Positions 38,092 through 46,924 are shown, numbered from the stretch's first letter. The stretch: 64,000 nucleotides of DNA from Candidatus Fraserbacteria bacterium (GCA_947085185.1 CAMTVK010000002.1:32001-96000); one strand, 5' to 3'. Numbers and translations are program-made. Notes: generated from the letters alone by a model not told the origin.

Positions 38092-38421
38092 ATGAAGGCA
38101 ACAGTAGCTTTGATCATAGTGTTCTTAGCAAGCAGCCTGCTCCCACTGTCGGAGGCCGCCGTTTCGATGTGGGCATCGGCAGAGAACCATGCGGCCGCGC
38201 ACACCGCGCCTGTAGCATCTAACCAACCCACAAGCTCATGCTGCAGCCAGGGGAACGAACACTTGCCACACGCCACCTTATGCTGCGCCGATTGCCCGGC
38301 CTTACACAATGACTTGCCTCTCTTTGGGGAGGCTCTACCCCGGTGGCCCTGGTTTTTTAGCGAGCCCATCTCCATGCCGGCTATCTTCCTCCCCCTCCAT
38401 CTGCGACCGCCCACCACCTAA
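38092..38421 (+). CDS. DUF2946/CruR/CutF-like leader protein (putative metal-responsive arrest peptide)
   Basis: Signal/TM segment, His-rich linker, CC and CCADC, Pro-rich end LHLRPPTT. Confidence 0.55.
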   Translation: MKATVALIIVFLASSLLPLSEAAVSMWASAENHAAAHTAPVASNQPTSSCCSQGNEHLPHATLCCADCPALHNDLPLFGEALPRWPWFFSEPISMPAIFLPLHLRPPTT

Positions 38422-38500
38422 CGCCAATCCCTAGTCAGCTATTAAAGCTCGCCTGGCGAGCTCGCAAAGACAACACTAAGAGATATAGAAAGGAGCTCAA

Positions 38501-39109
38501 ATGTCTTTGAAGAAGATGCAAACTATCCGTGTTGCCGTTACAGGGCTGGCCTTGCTGGCTCTGGTCAGCAGCGGTTGGGCATTGGCCCAGATCTTCGGGA
38601 TCGGCCCCTACACTGGGGGGACGCTCACGGTCGTCTATCGCTTGACCAACATGGAGCCTGATCCAAGCCCGGGCACCCTCACCCTGAAGATAGTCCCGGA
38701 GGGGACCAAATTCCGGGTGACCGAGACCTTCGAGTTGCTGGCAGATGCAGGCCAACTGCAAGTTTTGGTCTTTTCGCACGGGTTTGTGCACGTGCCCAAG
38801 GGGTATCTCGACATGACCCCGCTCAGCGCGCTGGACACCCGCGAAGTCCTGCCCAACAGAGAAATTCTGTTACCCGAAGGTGCCAAACTCGTGACGCGGG
38901 GCGAGGTGACGATCGGCGGGGTCAAGGCCGTCGAGGGCACCTACACACACCCCAAATTTGAAGACCAACGGGCGATCGTGGCGATCAGCGACGTAGAGTC
39001 GCGCAAGATCCTGCCCTACCCGCCGCTTTTGCGCATCGAAAGGCAAGAGGGCGGGAAGTGGGTGTTAGTCGCTCTGACGGAGCTAGTAAGTGTCAAACAG
39101 GAGCGGTGA
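38501..39109 (+). CDS. Secreted hypothetical protein
   Basis: SD AAAGGAG; signal peptide ending AxA; beta-rich. Confidence 0.75.
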   Translation: MSLKKMQTIRVAVTGLALLALVSSGWALAQIFGIGPYTGGTLTVVYRLTNMEPDPSPGTLTLKIVPEGTKFRVTETFELLADAGQLQVLVFSHGFVHVPKGYLDMTPLSALDTREVLPNREILLPEGAKLVTRGEVTIGGVKAVEGTYTHPKFEDQRAIVAISDVESRKILPYPPLLRIERQEGGKWVLVALTELVSVKQER

Positions 39110-39177
39110 TGGTGCAAGTGGGCGGGTCGCAGAACGGCCCGCCCACTTCCCTCGAAGGAACAAGAAAGGAGAGCGCA

Positions 39178-40155
39178 ATGCGAAAGTATATACGAATATT
39201 AGCAACTATCAGCGGCTGCCTGTTATTACTCATCAGCTCATCCATCGGAAGAGCCGGGCAGCCAGCGACCGAGATCGTCTACGTGGCAAACGCCAAGTCG
39301 AACACCGTTTCCGTCGTCAACTGGGCTACTAAATCTGTCTTAGCCACAATCCCCGTGGGCACGACGCCCCACGGTCTGACGCTCAGCCCCGATGGGAAAA
39401 CGCTCTATGTCGCCAATTCCAAATCATCGGATGTGAGTATTGTAGATCTCGCCAAACGCTCGGTCATAGCGACGATCCCGAGCGGCGACGGTAGCCATCA
39501 TATCGTCGTCAGCCCCGATGGCCGGCGGGCTTACACCGCCAATATTCGGGCCAACAGTGTCTCCGTGCTCGATCTCGTGGCGCGCAAGGCCATCGCGGAG
39601 ATCCCTGTGGGCAAGACCCCGCAATATCTCGCGCTCAGCCCCGATGGCAAAGAGATCTGGGTCGCCGACGATAAGTCCAACCAGGTCTCCGTCATAGAAA
39701 CAGCAACTGTCCGAGTTGTGGCTACAATCCCAGTCGGCGACGGGCCGGATCACTTGGTATTCAGTCGAGACGGCAAGACGGTCTATGTCACGCATACTCG
39801 ATCCGGGGATGTGCGAGTTATTGACGCGGCCTCCCGGAAGGTCGTCACCGTCGTCCCAGTCGGCAAAGAGCCGCACGGCATAGACATCAGCCCCGACGGG
39901 GCGCTGGTCTTCGTGGCCAATCGAGGCGAGAATACTATTACACCCCTGATCGTCGCCTTAGGAAACAGAGTCATGCCAAGCTTCTCATCCGGGGGCAATG
40001 GGCCGAACCACTTACGGGTTAGCCCCGACGGCCGTTTTGTACTAGTGACGAACCGGGACTCGAACAATCTCGTCGTAGTAGACTTAAGCACCTTTCGGAT
40101 CAGCGCCACCATCTCTGTGGGCGAGGAGCCACACGAGTTCGTCTTTGGAAAGTAG
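39178..40155 (+). CDS. YVTN/YncE seven-bladed beta-propeller, His-lined
   Basis: Seven YVAN/YTAN..VSV.D..ATIPVG..P repeats; signal peptide. Confidence 0.9.
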   Translation: MRKYIRILATISGCLLLLISSSIGRAGQPATEIVYVANAKSNTVSVVNWATKSVLATIPVGTTPHGLTLSPDGKTLYVANSKSSDVSIVDLAKRSVIATIPSGDGSHHIVVSPDGRRAYTANIRANSVSVLDLVARKAIAEIPVGKTPQYLALSPDGKEIWVADDKSNQVSVIETATVRVVATIPVGDGPDHLVFSRDGKTVYVTHTRSGDVRVIDAASRKVVTVVPVGKEPHGIDISPDGALVFVANRGENTITPLIVALGNRVMPSFSSGGNGPNHLRVSPDGRFVLVTNRDSNNLVVVDLSTFRISATISVGEEPHEFVFGK

Positions 40156-40171
40156 GAAAGGAGAGAACGCA

Positions 40172-40873
40172 ATGATTCACCTGAAAAACGTGCACAAGAC
40201 GTACCCCATGGGCGAGACACGGGTTCAGGCACTTCGAGGCTTGGACTTGACAATAAAGCCCGGAGAGTTCGTAGCCATTATGGGGCCATCCGGCTCGGGC
40301 AAATCTACACTGATGCACCTGCTCGGCTGTCTGGATCTGCCCAGCGAGGGCCTGGTGCAACTCGATGGCAACGATGTGACGAAACTGGACGAAGACAGAC
40401 TGGCGCAAATCCGTGGCAAGAAGGTTGGCTTTGTCTTTCAAACGTTCAATTTGATCCCGACGCTGACCGCTCAAGAGAACGTCGAGCTGCCGCTCTTCTT
40501 TCAGGGTGTCCCCCGCAGAGAGCGCAGCGCCCGAGCTGTAGAGCTGCTGCAAAAAGTTGGGCTCGGTGATAGAGTTCATCACAAGCCGTCCCAGCTCTCC
40601 GGCGGGGAGCGCCAGCGCGTAGCCATCGCCCGCGCCTTGGCCAACGATCCAGAGATCATCTTGGCCGACGAGCCCACAGGCAATCTCGACTCAGAATCGG
40701 GCGAGGTCATCTTGAAGCTATTGGAGCAGCTTAATCGTGAGGGCAAGACGATCATTCTCGTCACGCATAACCCGGAGGCTGCTGCGTATGCGCACCGCAT
40801 TGTACGGATCAAGGACGGGCGGCTCTTAGAGGAAGTCAAGACAAAGGAGGAGATCGGTTATGCTCTTCGATAG
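40172..40873 (+). CDS. ABC ATPase (LolD/MacB type)
   Basis: GPSGSGKST, LSGGERQR, ADEPTGNLD. Confidence 0.95.
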   Translation: MIHLKNVHKTYPMGETRVQALRGLDLTIKPGEFVAIMGPSGSGKSTLMHLLGCLDLPSEGLVQLDGNDVTKLDEDRLAQIRGKKVGFVFQTFNLIPTLTAQENVELPLFFQGVPRRERSARAVELLQKVGLGDRVHHKPSQLSGGERQRVAIARALANDPEIILADEPTGNLDSESGEVILKLLEQLNREGKTIILVTHNPEAAAYAHRIVRIKDGRLLEEVKTKEEIGYALR

Positions 40874-42074
40874 CGTTGTTGATAACATCCGATTTTCTGT
40901 GCGCAATCTGCGCCACCGCCCCAAGCGCAGTTGGCTGACGATTCTGGGCATTCTCATTGGCGTTGCAGCCGTCATCGCGCTGGTCTCGCTGGGGCAGGGG
41001 ATGCAGCGCTCGATCACGCAAGAGTTTGAAGCTTTCGGCTACAACGTAGTAATGATCGCGGGACACGGCGAGCATCGCTTAGGTATGGGGGCGTTGCTCG
41101 GTGCGCATACGTTTCGGTTAGATTTGACCCCGCTGAAGAAGATCCCCGGAGTAGAAGCCATCGGCGGCGTCTTAATCAAGACGCCTTATGTCAGTGCGGG
41201 GCGGCGTGAAGGGTATCTATTGACTTGGGGCATGGCCCCGGAGTTGATGCAGGCGTTCGGCAATTACTATAAGCCGGAACTCGGCCGGGCGCTCAAGCCG
41301 GGCGAGACCCAGACGGCTGTGCTTGGGAGCATCGTTGCCAAAGACTTAGGGCTTTCCGTGGGCGACAAGTTCGTGATCGAGACGCTGGAGTTCGAGGTCG
41401 TCGGCATCTTGGAGAAGCGCGCCGATCCCGACGTCAACTACGCCATTATGGTCCCCATTGCGACGCTGCAAGAATTGGTCGGCGAGCGCGAACGTCTTTC
41501 GTTGGTACTGATTCGCACGGCGCAGCAACATGCCGGGCATGCCGGGCATGATGCCGCTAGTGTGGCCAAAGAAGTCCGCCGTGTGGTCAAAGAGCTGCGC
41601 GGCAAGGACGATCTCAACGTTCACACCACAGGCGAGATGCTCGATCTCATGCAGAACTTGGTGGGGATCTTACAGGCAGCGCTGGGTGGGATCGCGGCGA
41701 TCTCGCTGTTAGTCGGCGGCGTCGGCGTGATGAACACCATGTACACAGCCGTTCTAGAGCGCACGCGCGAGATCGGCGTGATGAAAGCCGTGGGAGCGCG
41801 CCGACGGCATATCTTGACGCTCTTTTTGCTGGAGTCGGGGTTCATGGGGCTGGTCGGCGGGCTGTTGGGAGCGTTGGTTGGTCTGGGGATCGCTGTGGGC
41901 ATCAAACTCTTGGCTCCGATCTTCATGCCGGGGACGACCTTAGAAGTCGGGTTCTCGCCGGGGCTGATGCTGGGTGTGCTGGGGTTCTCGTTCGTCTTGG
42001 GGGCGTTGTCGGGCTTCCTGCCGGCGCGCGCGGCCGCCAAGCTCCCGCCGGTCGAAGCCCTCAGGTATGAATAA
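40860..42074 (+). CDS. ABC permease (MacB/FtsX type)
   Basis: LTILGILIG, GGVGVMNTM..AVLERTREIG, PARAAAKL.PVEALRYE; His insert QHAGHAGHD. Confidence 0.95.
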   Translation: MLFDSVVDNIRFSVRNLRHRPKRSWLTILGILIGVAAVIALVSLGQGMQRSITQEFEAFGYNVVMIAGHGEHRLGMGALLGAHTFRLDLTPLKKIPGVEAIGGVLIKTPYVSAGRREGYLLTWGMAPELMQAFGNYYKPELGRALKPGETQTAVLGSIVAKDLGLSVGDKFVIETLEFEVVGILEKRADPDVNYAIMVPIATLQELVGERERLSLVLIRTAQQHAGHAGHDAASVAKEVRRVVKELRGKDDLNVHTTGEMLDLMQNLVGILQAALGGIAAISLLVGGVGVMNTMYTAVLERTREIGVMKAVGARRRHILTLFLLESGFMGLVGGLLGALVGLGIAVGIKLLAPIFMPGTTLEVGFSPGLMLGVLGFSFVLGALSGFLPARAAAKLPPVEALRYE

Positions 42075-42326
42075 GAGCATAGATGGCCGCGAAGCCCCAC
42101 CTGGGGTGGGGAGATTCTCAAGGATGGCACGATGAAGAGAACGGCATCAGCAGTAGCGGAGAAGGAACTGAAGGGGAGCCTGGCGGCTCACCCCCAAGCC
42201 AAGCAAGAGGCGGCCCGGATCATGCGCACGCTCTATGCGCTGCGCGAGGGTTATGCCCAACTTTCGCATCGGGCTGACCACGATCGAGAGGGAGGCTTTG
42301 GAGATCGGCTCTAAGAGGGAGGAACT

Positions 42327-42794
42327 ATGAAAGACATCTGGGTCTGGTTGGCCGTCGCCGCCGCAGCCGTCGCGGCGCTCGTCGTCTTCGGTGTTGGCCG
42401 GAAGGCCCAAGTCGCCGTGCCCGGGCATGAGCAACATCATGCCGAAGAGATCGTGCAGGTCGGGGGTGGAAGCTATCGCAACATCGGCATAGAGCAGCTC
42501 TATCAAATGCTGCAGCAGAAAGGCTTTTGGCTCGTCAACGTCCACATTCCCTATGAGGGCGAGTTGCCCCAGACGGATCTGTTCGTACCGTACAACGAGA
42601 TCGAGAAAGATCTCGACAAGCTTCCGTCGGACAAGTCGGCCAAGATCGTGCTCTACTGCAAGAGCGGGCGGATGAGCGCGATTGCCGCCGAGACGATGGT
42701 CAAGTTGGGCTTCACAAACGTCTGGAATCTGAAGCAAGGCATGATCGACTGGAAAGCCAAGGGGTATCCGTTGCTGCAAAAGCCGAAAGATTGA
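42327..42794 (+). CDS. Membrane-anchored rhodanese-like protein
   Basis: LVNVHIPYEGE, VLYCKSGRMS, NL.QGM.DW; His-rich linker GHEQHH. Confidence 0.9.
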   Translation: MKDIWVWLAVAAAAVAALVVFGVGRKAQVAVPGHEQHHAEEIVQVGGGSYRNIGIEQLYQMLQQKGFWLVNVHIPYEGELPQTDLFVPYNEIEKDLDKLPSDKSAKIVLYCKSGRMSAIAAETMVKLGFTNVWNLKQGMIDWKAKGYPLLQKPKD

Positions 42795-42955
42795 AAACTC
42801 CTGATGTCACGTTGAGCGATGTGAAGAAAATCCCGAGGGAGCATTGGAGCACAACGGCAGTTGGCCAAGCGCGGGTGGACCGCGAGCTCAAGGCAATCAT
42901 TGAAGTGACCAATTTTGAGTGCGAAGACATCCAAGAAGAAGGGGGAGACCAATGA
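42791..42955 (+). pseudogene. 54-codon coupled ORF containing a CBS-like fragment
   Basis: VTLSDVKKIPREHWSTTAV resembles the CBS segment of site-2 proteases; overlaps both neighbours by 4 nt. Confidence 0.35.
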
Positions 42956-43893
42956 AGACGAAGAACCAACGCACTAGACCCAAAAACCAACGCAGCAAGA
43001 AGACGCTCGCCTTCGCGCTGGGAGCCATCGCTCTCGTTGGTGCCGTGGCCGCTCTTATCGTATTGAACAGAGGGGAGACGTCGGCGTCGTACACGCCGGT
43101 GTCAGGCTTCCCCGATGTCCATGGCCTTGCCGTTGACCCGAACGATCCCCAAATTTTGTATGTGGGCACCCATCATGGGCTGGTCCGCGGTAGGGAGAGC
43201 GAGGGTCGCTGGAGTTGGGCGTTGGTCGGCAGCTATCGCGCGGACTTCATGGGGTTCAGCATGCATCCTAATGGGAAAGTCTTTTATGTCAGCGGGCATA
43301 AGGTGCCCGATGCGCCCCTGATGGGAGTGGCCCGCTCCGAAGACGGCGGCTTCTCTTGGAAGATCATTGCACTGCGCGGCATAGTAGACTTCCATACAAT
43401 GGCCATCAGCTGGGCCAACCTTGATGTTTTGTATGGCTGGTACTACGGCGACCGACGGCTCTATCGGAGCGCCGACGGGGGCAAGACGTGGAGGAACCCT
43501 GCAGCGCGCTCTCTCAGCGACGTATTGGCTTTAGCTACCGATCCGACCGATGAAAACCTCGTCTGGGCTGCTACCAAGGGCGGGCTATGGCGCAGCACCG
43601 ACAGCGGAGAGAGTTTTGCGCTTATAGGCTTTGCAGGCACTCCCGTGCTCACCGTGGCTGTTGATCCGACAAACCCACAGGTGCTGTACGCTTCGTTAGA
43701 GACGGGCCTACGCCGCAGCACCGATGGTGGTCAGAGCTGGGAGTCCGTCGGTGAGGGTATTGGGGAGATGATAGGCTATCTCGCGATCAGTCCCGCCAAC
43801 GCTGATCTCCTGTACGCTGCCACGTACTCGGCTGCCATTTATCGGTCTACGGACGCGGGCCTGAGCTGGAGCCTGATCAAGCCCGGCGAATGA
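42952..43893 (+). CDS. BNR/Asp-box beta-propeller (F510_1955-like)
   Basis: DVHGLAVDP, GTHHGL, DFMGF, DFH, repeated S.DGG.SW Asp-boxes. Confidence 0.85.
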   Translation: MKTKNQRTRPKNQRSKKTLAFALGAIALVGAVAALIVLNRGETSASYTPVSGFPDVHGLAVDPNDPQILYVGTHHGLVRGRESEGRWSWALVGSYRADFMGFSMHPNGKVFYVSGHKVPDAPLMGVARSEDGGFSWKIIALRGIVDFHTMAISWANLDVLYGWYYGDRRLYRSADGGKTWRNPAARSLSDVLALATDPTDENLVWAATKGGLWRSTDSGESFALIGFAGTPVLTVAVDPTNPQVLYASLETGLRRSTDGGQSWESVGEGIGEMIGYLAISPANADLLYAATYSAAIYRSTDAGLSWSLIKPGE

Positions 43894-43894
43894 C

Positions 43895-44185
43895 ATGAAA
43901 TCCTATCGGAAGCACGTCTTAGTCTGTTGTACCGAAGGTTGTTGCGGAGCGCGGGCCGGTGAGGCGTTCTATACTGCCCTGCGCGCTGAGCTGTCCGAGC
44001 GCTCTATCACAGATGTGCTCGTGACGCGCACGCTCTGTCTGGGCCTCTGCCCGGAAGAAGGGGCTACAGTTGTCGTCTATCCTGACGGCGTCTGGTATCG
44101 CGTCAGCGATCCCAAAGACGCGACGGAGATCGTTACGAAGCATCTGATTGGAGGAGAGCCGGTCCGGCGCTTGCTGGTCGAGTGA
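43895..44185 (+). CDS. Thioredoxin-like [2Fe-2S] ferredoxin
   Basis: HVLVCC..CC, CLGLC, VVYPDGVWY, HL..GEPV. Confidence 0.9.
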   Translation: MKSYRKHVLVCCTEGCCGARAGEAFYTALRAELSERSITDVLVTRTLCLGLCPEEGATVVVYPDGVWYRVSDPKDATEIVTKHLIGGEPVRRLLVE

Positions 44186-44385
44186 TGTAATGGGTCAAGA
44201 GATGGTTACCAGGGCCCAGGACCCAATCGGTCGAGATCCTATCTCACACAATGGGCGGCAGCACTGCAAACTCCGCAGGCATTCTGCCACAGTCGTGCCC
44301 CTGAGAGGATGCCCGCTCTCTTGAGCCATTTCCACACCTCCCCCTGGTAACGATCTCTTGGCGCAGGGACCCACTCCCCTTGACA
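44186..44385 (+). mobile_element. MITE-like element, copy 2
   Basis: Direct repeat of 37696-37937 lacking the 54-bp insert; begins right after the ferredoxin stop. Confidence 0.7.
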
Positions 44386-44408
44386 ACGGCAAAGAGTCGT
44401 GCTATGAT
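44380..44408 (+). promoter_or_regulatory. aro operon promoter
   Basis: TTGACA-17-TATGAT with TGn extension. Confidence 0.75.
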
Positions 44409-44439
44409 ACGACTATCTCTCTTAGAGGAGGCGATGAAC

Positions 44440-44523
44440 ATGCTAGCCGTGGGCCAAGCGATCACAGGAAAATGGTTTATGTTCTTTGTCGCCTCCTTCT
44501 TCTTTGGGGCCTCCCGGCCCTAA
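44440..44523 (+). CDS. Phe-rich attenuator leader peptide of the aro operon
   Basis: SD GAGGAGG; MLAVGQAITGKWFMFFVASFFFGASRP (6 Phe + Trp); ends 84 nt before aroF. Confidence 0.75.
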   Translation: MLAVGQAITGKWFMFFVASFFFGASRP

Positions 44524-44607
44524 ACACTTCTTTCACCTATAACTCAGACTGTCTCAGCAGATTCATCCCAAAGACGCTCTTTTCTTTGCTTCAGCAGGAG
44601 GTCTCGT

Positions 44608-45666
44608 ATGGTGATCATCATGAAAGTGGGAGCGAGTGAGAGCCAGATCGAGCAAGCCAGCCAAGAACTGGAACGCCTCGGGTTCAAGGTCCATCGAGTT
44701 GATGGGGTCATGCGCACTATCTTGGGAGCGCTTGGAGATAAGCGCGGCATTGATCCTCACAGGCTCGCCGTGCTCGATGGCGTCGAGGAGGTCGTGGAGA
44801 TCACGAAGCCGTATAAGCTCGCGAGTCGCGAATTTAACCCCGATGGCACGCTTGTCCCTGTGGGAGATGTGCAGATCGGGAGCATAGAGCTTGCGATCAT
44901 CGCCGGGCCGTGCTCTGTCGAGAGCGAGGAGCAAATAGATCAGTGTGCCCGGCTTGTGGCACAGCAAGGGGTGCGCTTGCTGCGCGGTGGAGCGTTCAAG
45001 CCGCGCACCAGCCCTTACTCGTTTCAAGGGCTGGGCGAAGCAGGCCTGAAGATGATGCGCGCCGCTGCCGATCGGCACGGGCTCTCCATCGTCACCGAAG
45101 TTCTAGATACGTCTCATGTAGGCGTGGTCGCCCCATATGCGGACGTTTTGCAGATTGGGGCGCGCAACATGCAGAACTTCGCGCTTTTGAAAGAGGTCGG
45201 GCGTTGCCAGAAGCCCGTCCTGCTCAAGCGCGGGATCGCCGCGACAGTCGAAGAATGGCTCATGGCTGCCGAGTACATCCTCAACGAGGGCAACCCCAAC
45301 GTCATCTTGTGTGAGCGGGGCATTCGCACGTTCTCCGACCACTTGCGATTCACGCTCGATGTCGGCGCCATCTCGGTAGTGAAGGAGTTGTCGCACTTAC
45401 CCGTCATTGTTGATCCCAGTCATGCCGCAGGGGTGCGCACGAAGGTCATTCCGCTGGCGCTCGCGGGGATCGCCGCTGGGGCCGATGGGCTCATCGTTGA
45501 GATCCATCACAATCCCGACAAAGCTCTGTGCGATGGCCCTCAAGCGCTGCTGCCCGAGCAATTTCGGACGCTCATGGACGAGCTGGGCGCGGTCGCGCGC
45601 GCGGTGGGACGCCGCTTGGTCCGTCATTATACTCCCAGCACTCAAACTTATGCGCAGAGTTATTAG
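44608..45666 (+). CDS. aroF: DAHP synthase type I-beta with N-terminal regulatory domain
   Basis: IAGPCSVES, KPRTSPYSFQG, IGARNMQN, DPSH. Confidence 0.97.
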   Translation: MVIIMKVGASESQIEQASQELERLGFKVHRVDGVMRTILGALGDKRGIDPHRLAVLDGVEEVVEITKPYKLASREFNPDGTLVPVGDVQIGSIELAIIAGPCSVESEEQIDQCARLVAQQGVRLLRGGAFKPRTSPYSFQGLGEAGLKMMRAAADRHGLSIVTEVLDTSHVGVVAPYADVLQIGARNMQNFALLKEVGRCQKPVLLKRGIAATVEEWLMAAEYILNEGNPNVILCERGIRTFSDHLRFTLDVGAISVVKELSHLPVIVDPSHAAGVRTKVIPLALAGIAAGADGLIVEIHHNPDKALCDGPQALLPEQFRTLMDELGAVARAVGRRLVRHYTPSTQTYAQSY

Positions 45667-46924
45667 TCCTGTACATAGCTTAAGAGGCGCGCTGCGCGTG
45701 CCGGGAGATAAGTCTATCTCCCATCGGGCGTTCTTGATAGGAGCGCTGGCTGATGGCCCCGTGATCATCGAAAATATCTCAAGCGCTGCAGATGTGCAGA
45801 GCACGGCCCTTTGTCTCAAAGCCTTGGGAGTGACGGTAGAACCCCTCACGCAGAGAGGGGCACGCCTCAAGAGCGTTGGGCTTCGTCCGCCCTCTCACGC
45901 TCTTGATGCCGGCAACTCCGGGACTACCATGAGACTGCTCGCCGGGCTGTTGTCTGGGCATCCCTTCACAGCGACGATCACAGGTGACGCGAGCCTGCGC
46001 AAACGCCCTATGAGACGCGTTATTGAGCCCTTGACCCAGATGGGCGCTCAGATCGAAAGTCCAGGGGGCTTTGCTCCGTTGACGATTACCGGGGGCAAGC
46101 TTCGCGGGATTCGCTATGCGCTTCCGGTGGCGAGCTCTCAAGTCAAGTCTGCGCTGGTGCTCGCGGGCCTGCACGCCCGGGGAGTCACCACGGTGATCGA
46201 GCCAAGCCCTACTCGTGATCACACCGAGCGCATGCTGCGCTATCTCGAGGTCTCTTTAGAGACGATCAACGGAGCTGTGAGCATCCAGGGCGGCCTGCGA
46301 CCGAGGGCCAAGCCCATCGTCGTGCCGGGGGATTTCTCGTCAGCGGCGTTCTTTTTAGCGGCCGGCGCGCTCGTGCCCGATGCTCATCTCGCTATTCAAG
46401 ACGTTGGCATCAACCCGACGCGCACAGGACTTCTCGACGTGCTGGGCGAGATGGGCGCCCAGGTGTCTATACAGAATGTGCGCGAGATCGCTCACGAGCC
46501 TTGGGGGGATCTCGTCATAAAGACTTCCAAGCTGCGCGCGGTCCGGATCGGCGGTGCGCTCATCCCAAGGCTCATTGACGAGCTGCCCATCTTAGCGATC
46601 TGCGCCACTCAAGCCCACGGCGTGACGGTCATCCAAGATGCCCAAGAGCTGCGTGTCAAGGAGACCGATCGCATTCGAGCTGTTGCGGAGAATCTCAGAA
46701 GGATGGGCGCCCAGATCGAAGAGCGCCCCGACGGGTGGGTCATCCCCGGCTTGCAGAAACTGCACGGAGCCGTGCTCGATAGCTTCGGCGACCATCGGAT
46801 CGCTATGGCTTTTGCTATTGCCGGAAGCATCGCCCAAGGGGAGACGGTGCTCGAAGGAACTGAATGGGTGAACATCTCATATCCGGGGTTCTTCGACGAC
46901 TTGGGAAAGCTCACACGATCATGA
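45650..46924 (+). CDS. aroA: EPSP synthase
   Basis: PGDKSISHR, GNSGTT.RL, SSQVKS, RDHTE, RVKETDR, DHRIAM. Confidence 0.97.
   Translation: MRRVISPVHSLRGALRVPGDKSISHRAFLIGALADGPVIIENISSAADVQSTALCLKALGVTVEPLTQRGARLKSVGLRPPSHALDAGNSGTTMRLLAGLLSGHPFTATITGDASLRKRPMRRVIEPLTQMGAQIESPGGFAPLTITGGKLRGIRYALPVASSQVKSALVLAGLHARGVTTVIEPSPTRDHTERMLRYLEVSLETINGAVSIQGGLRPRAKPIVVPGDFSSAAFFLAAGALVPDAHLAIQDVGINPTRTGLLDVLGEMGAQVSIQNVREIAHEPWGDLVIKTSKLRAVRIGGALIPRLIDELPILAICATQAHGVTVIQDAQELRVKETDRIRAVAENLRRMGAQIEERPDGWVIPGLQKLHGAVLDSFGDHRIAMAFAIAGSIAQGETVLEGTEWVNISYPGFFDDLGKLTRS

Noticed and set aside
42132..42314. 60-aa ORF inside the cargo
   Set aside because: Weak SD and no recognisable motif; not called as a gene
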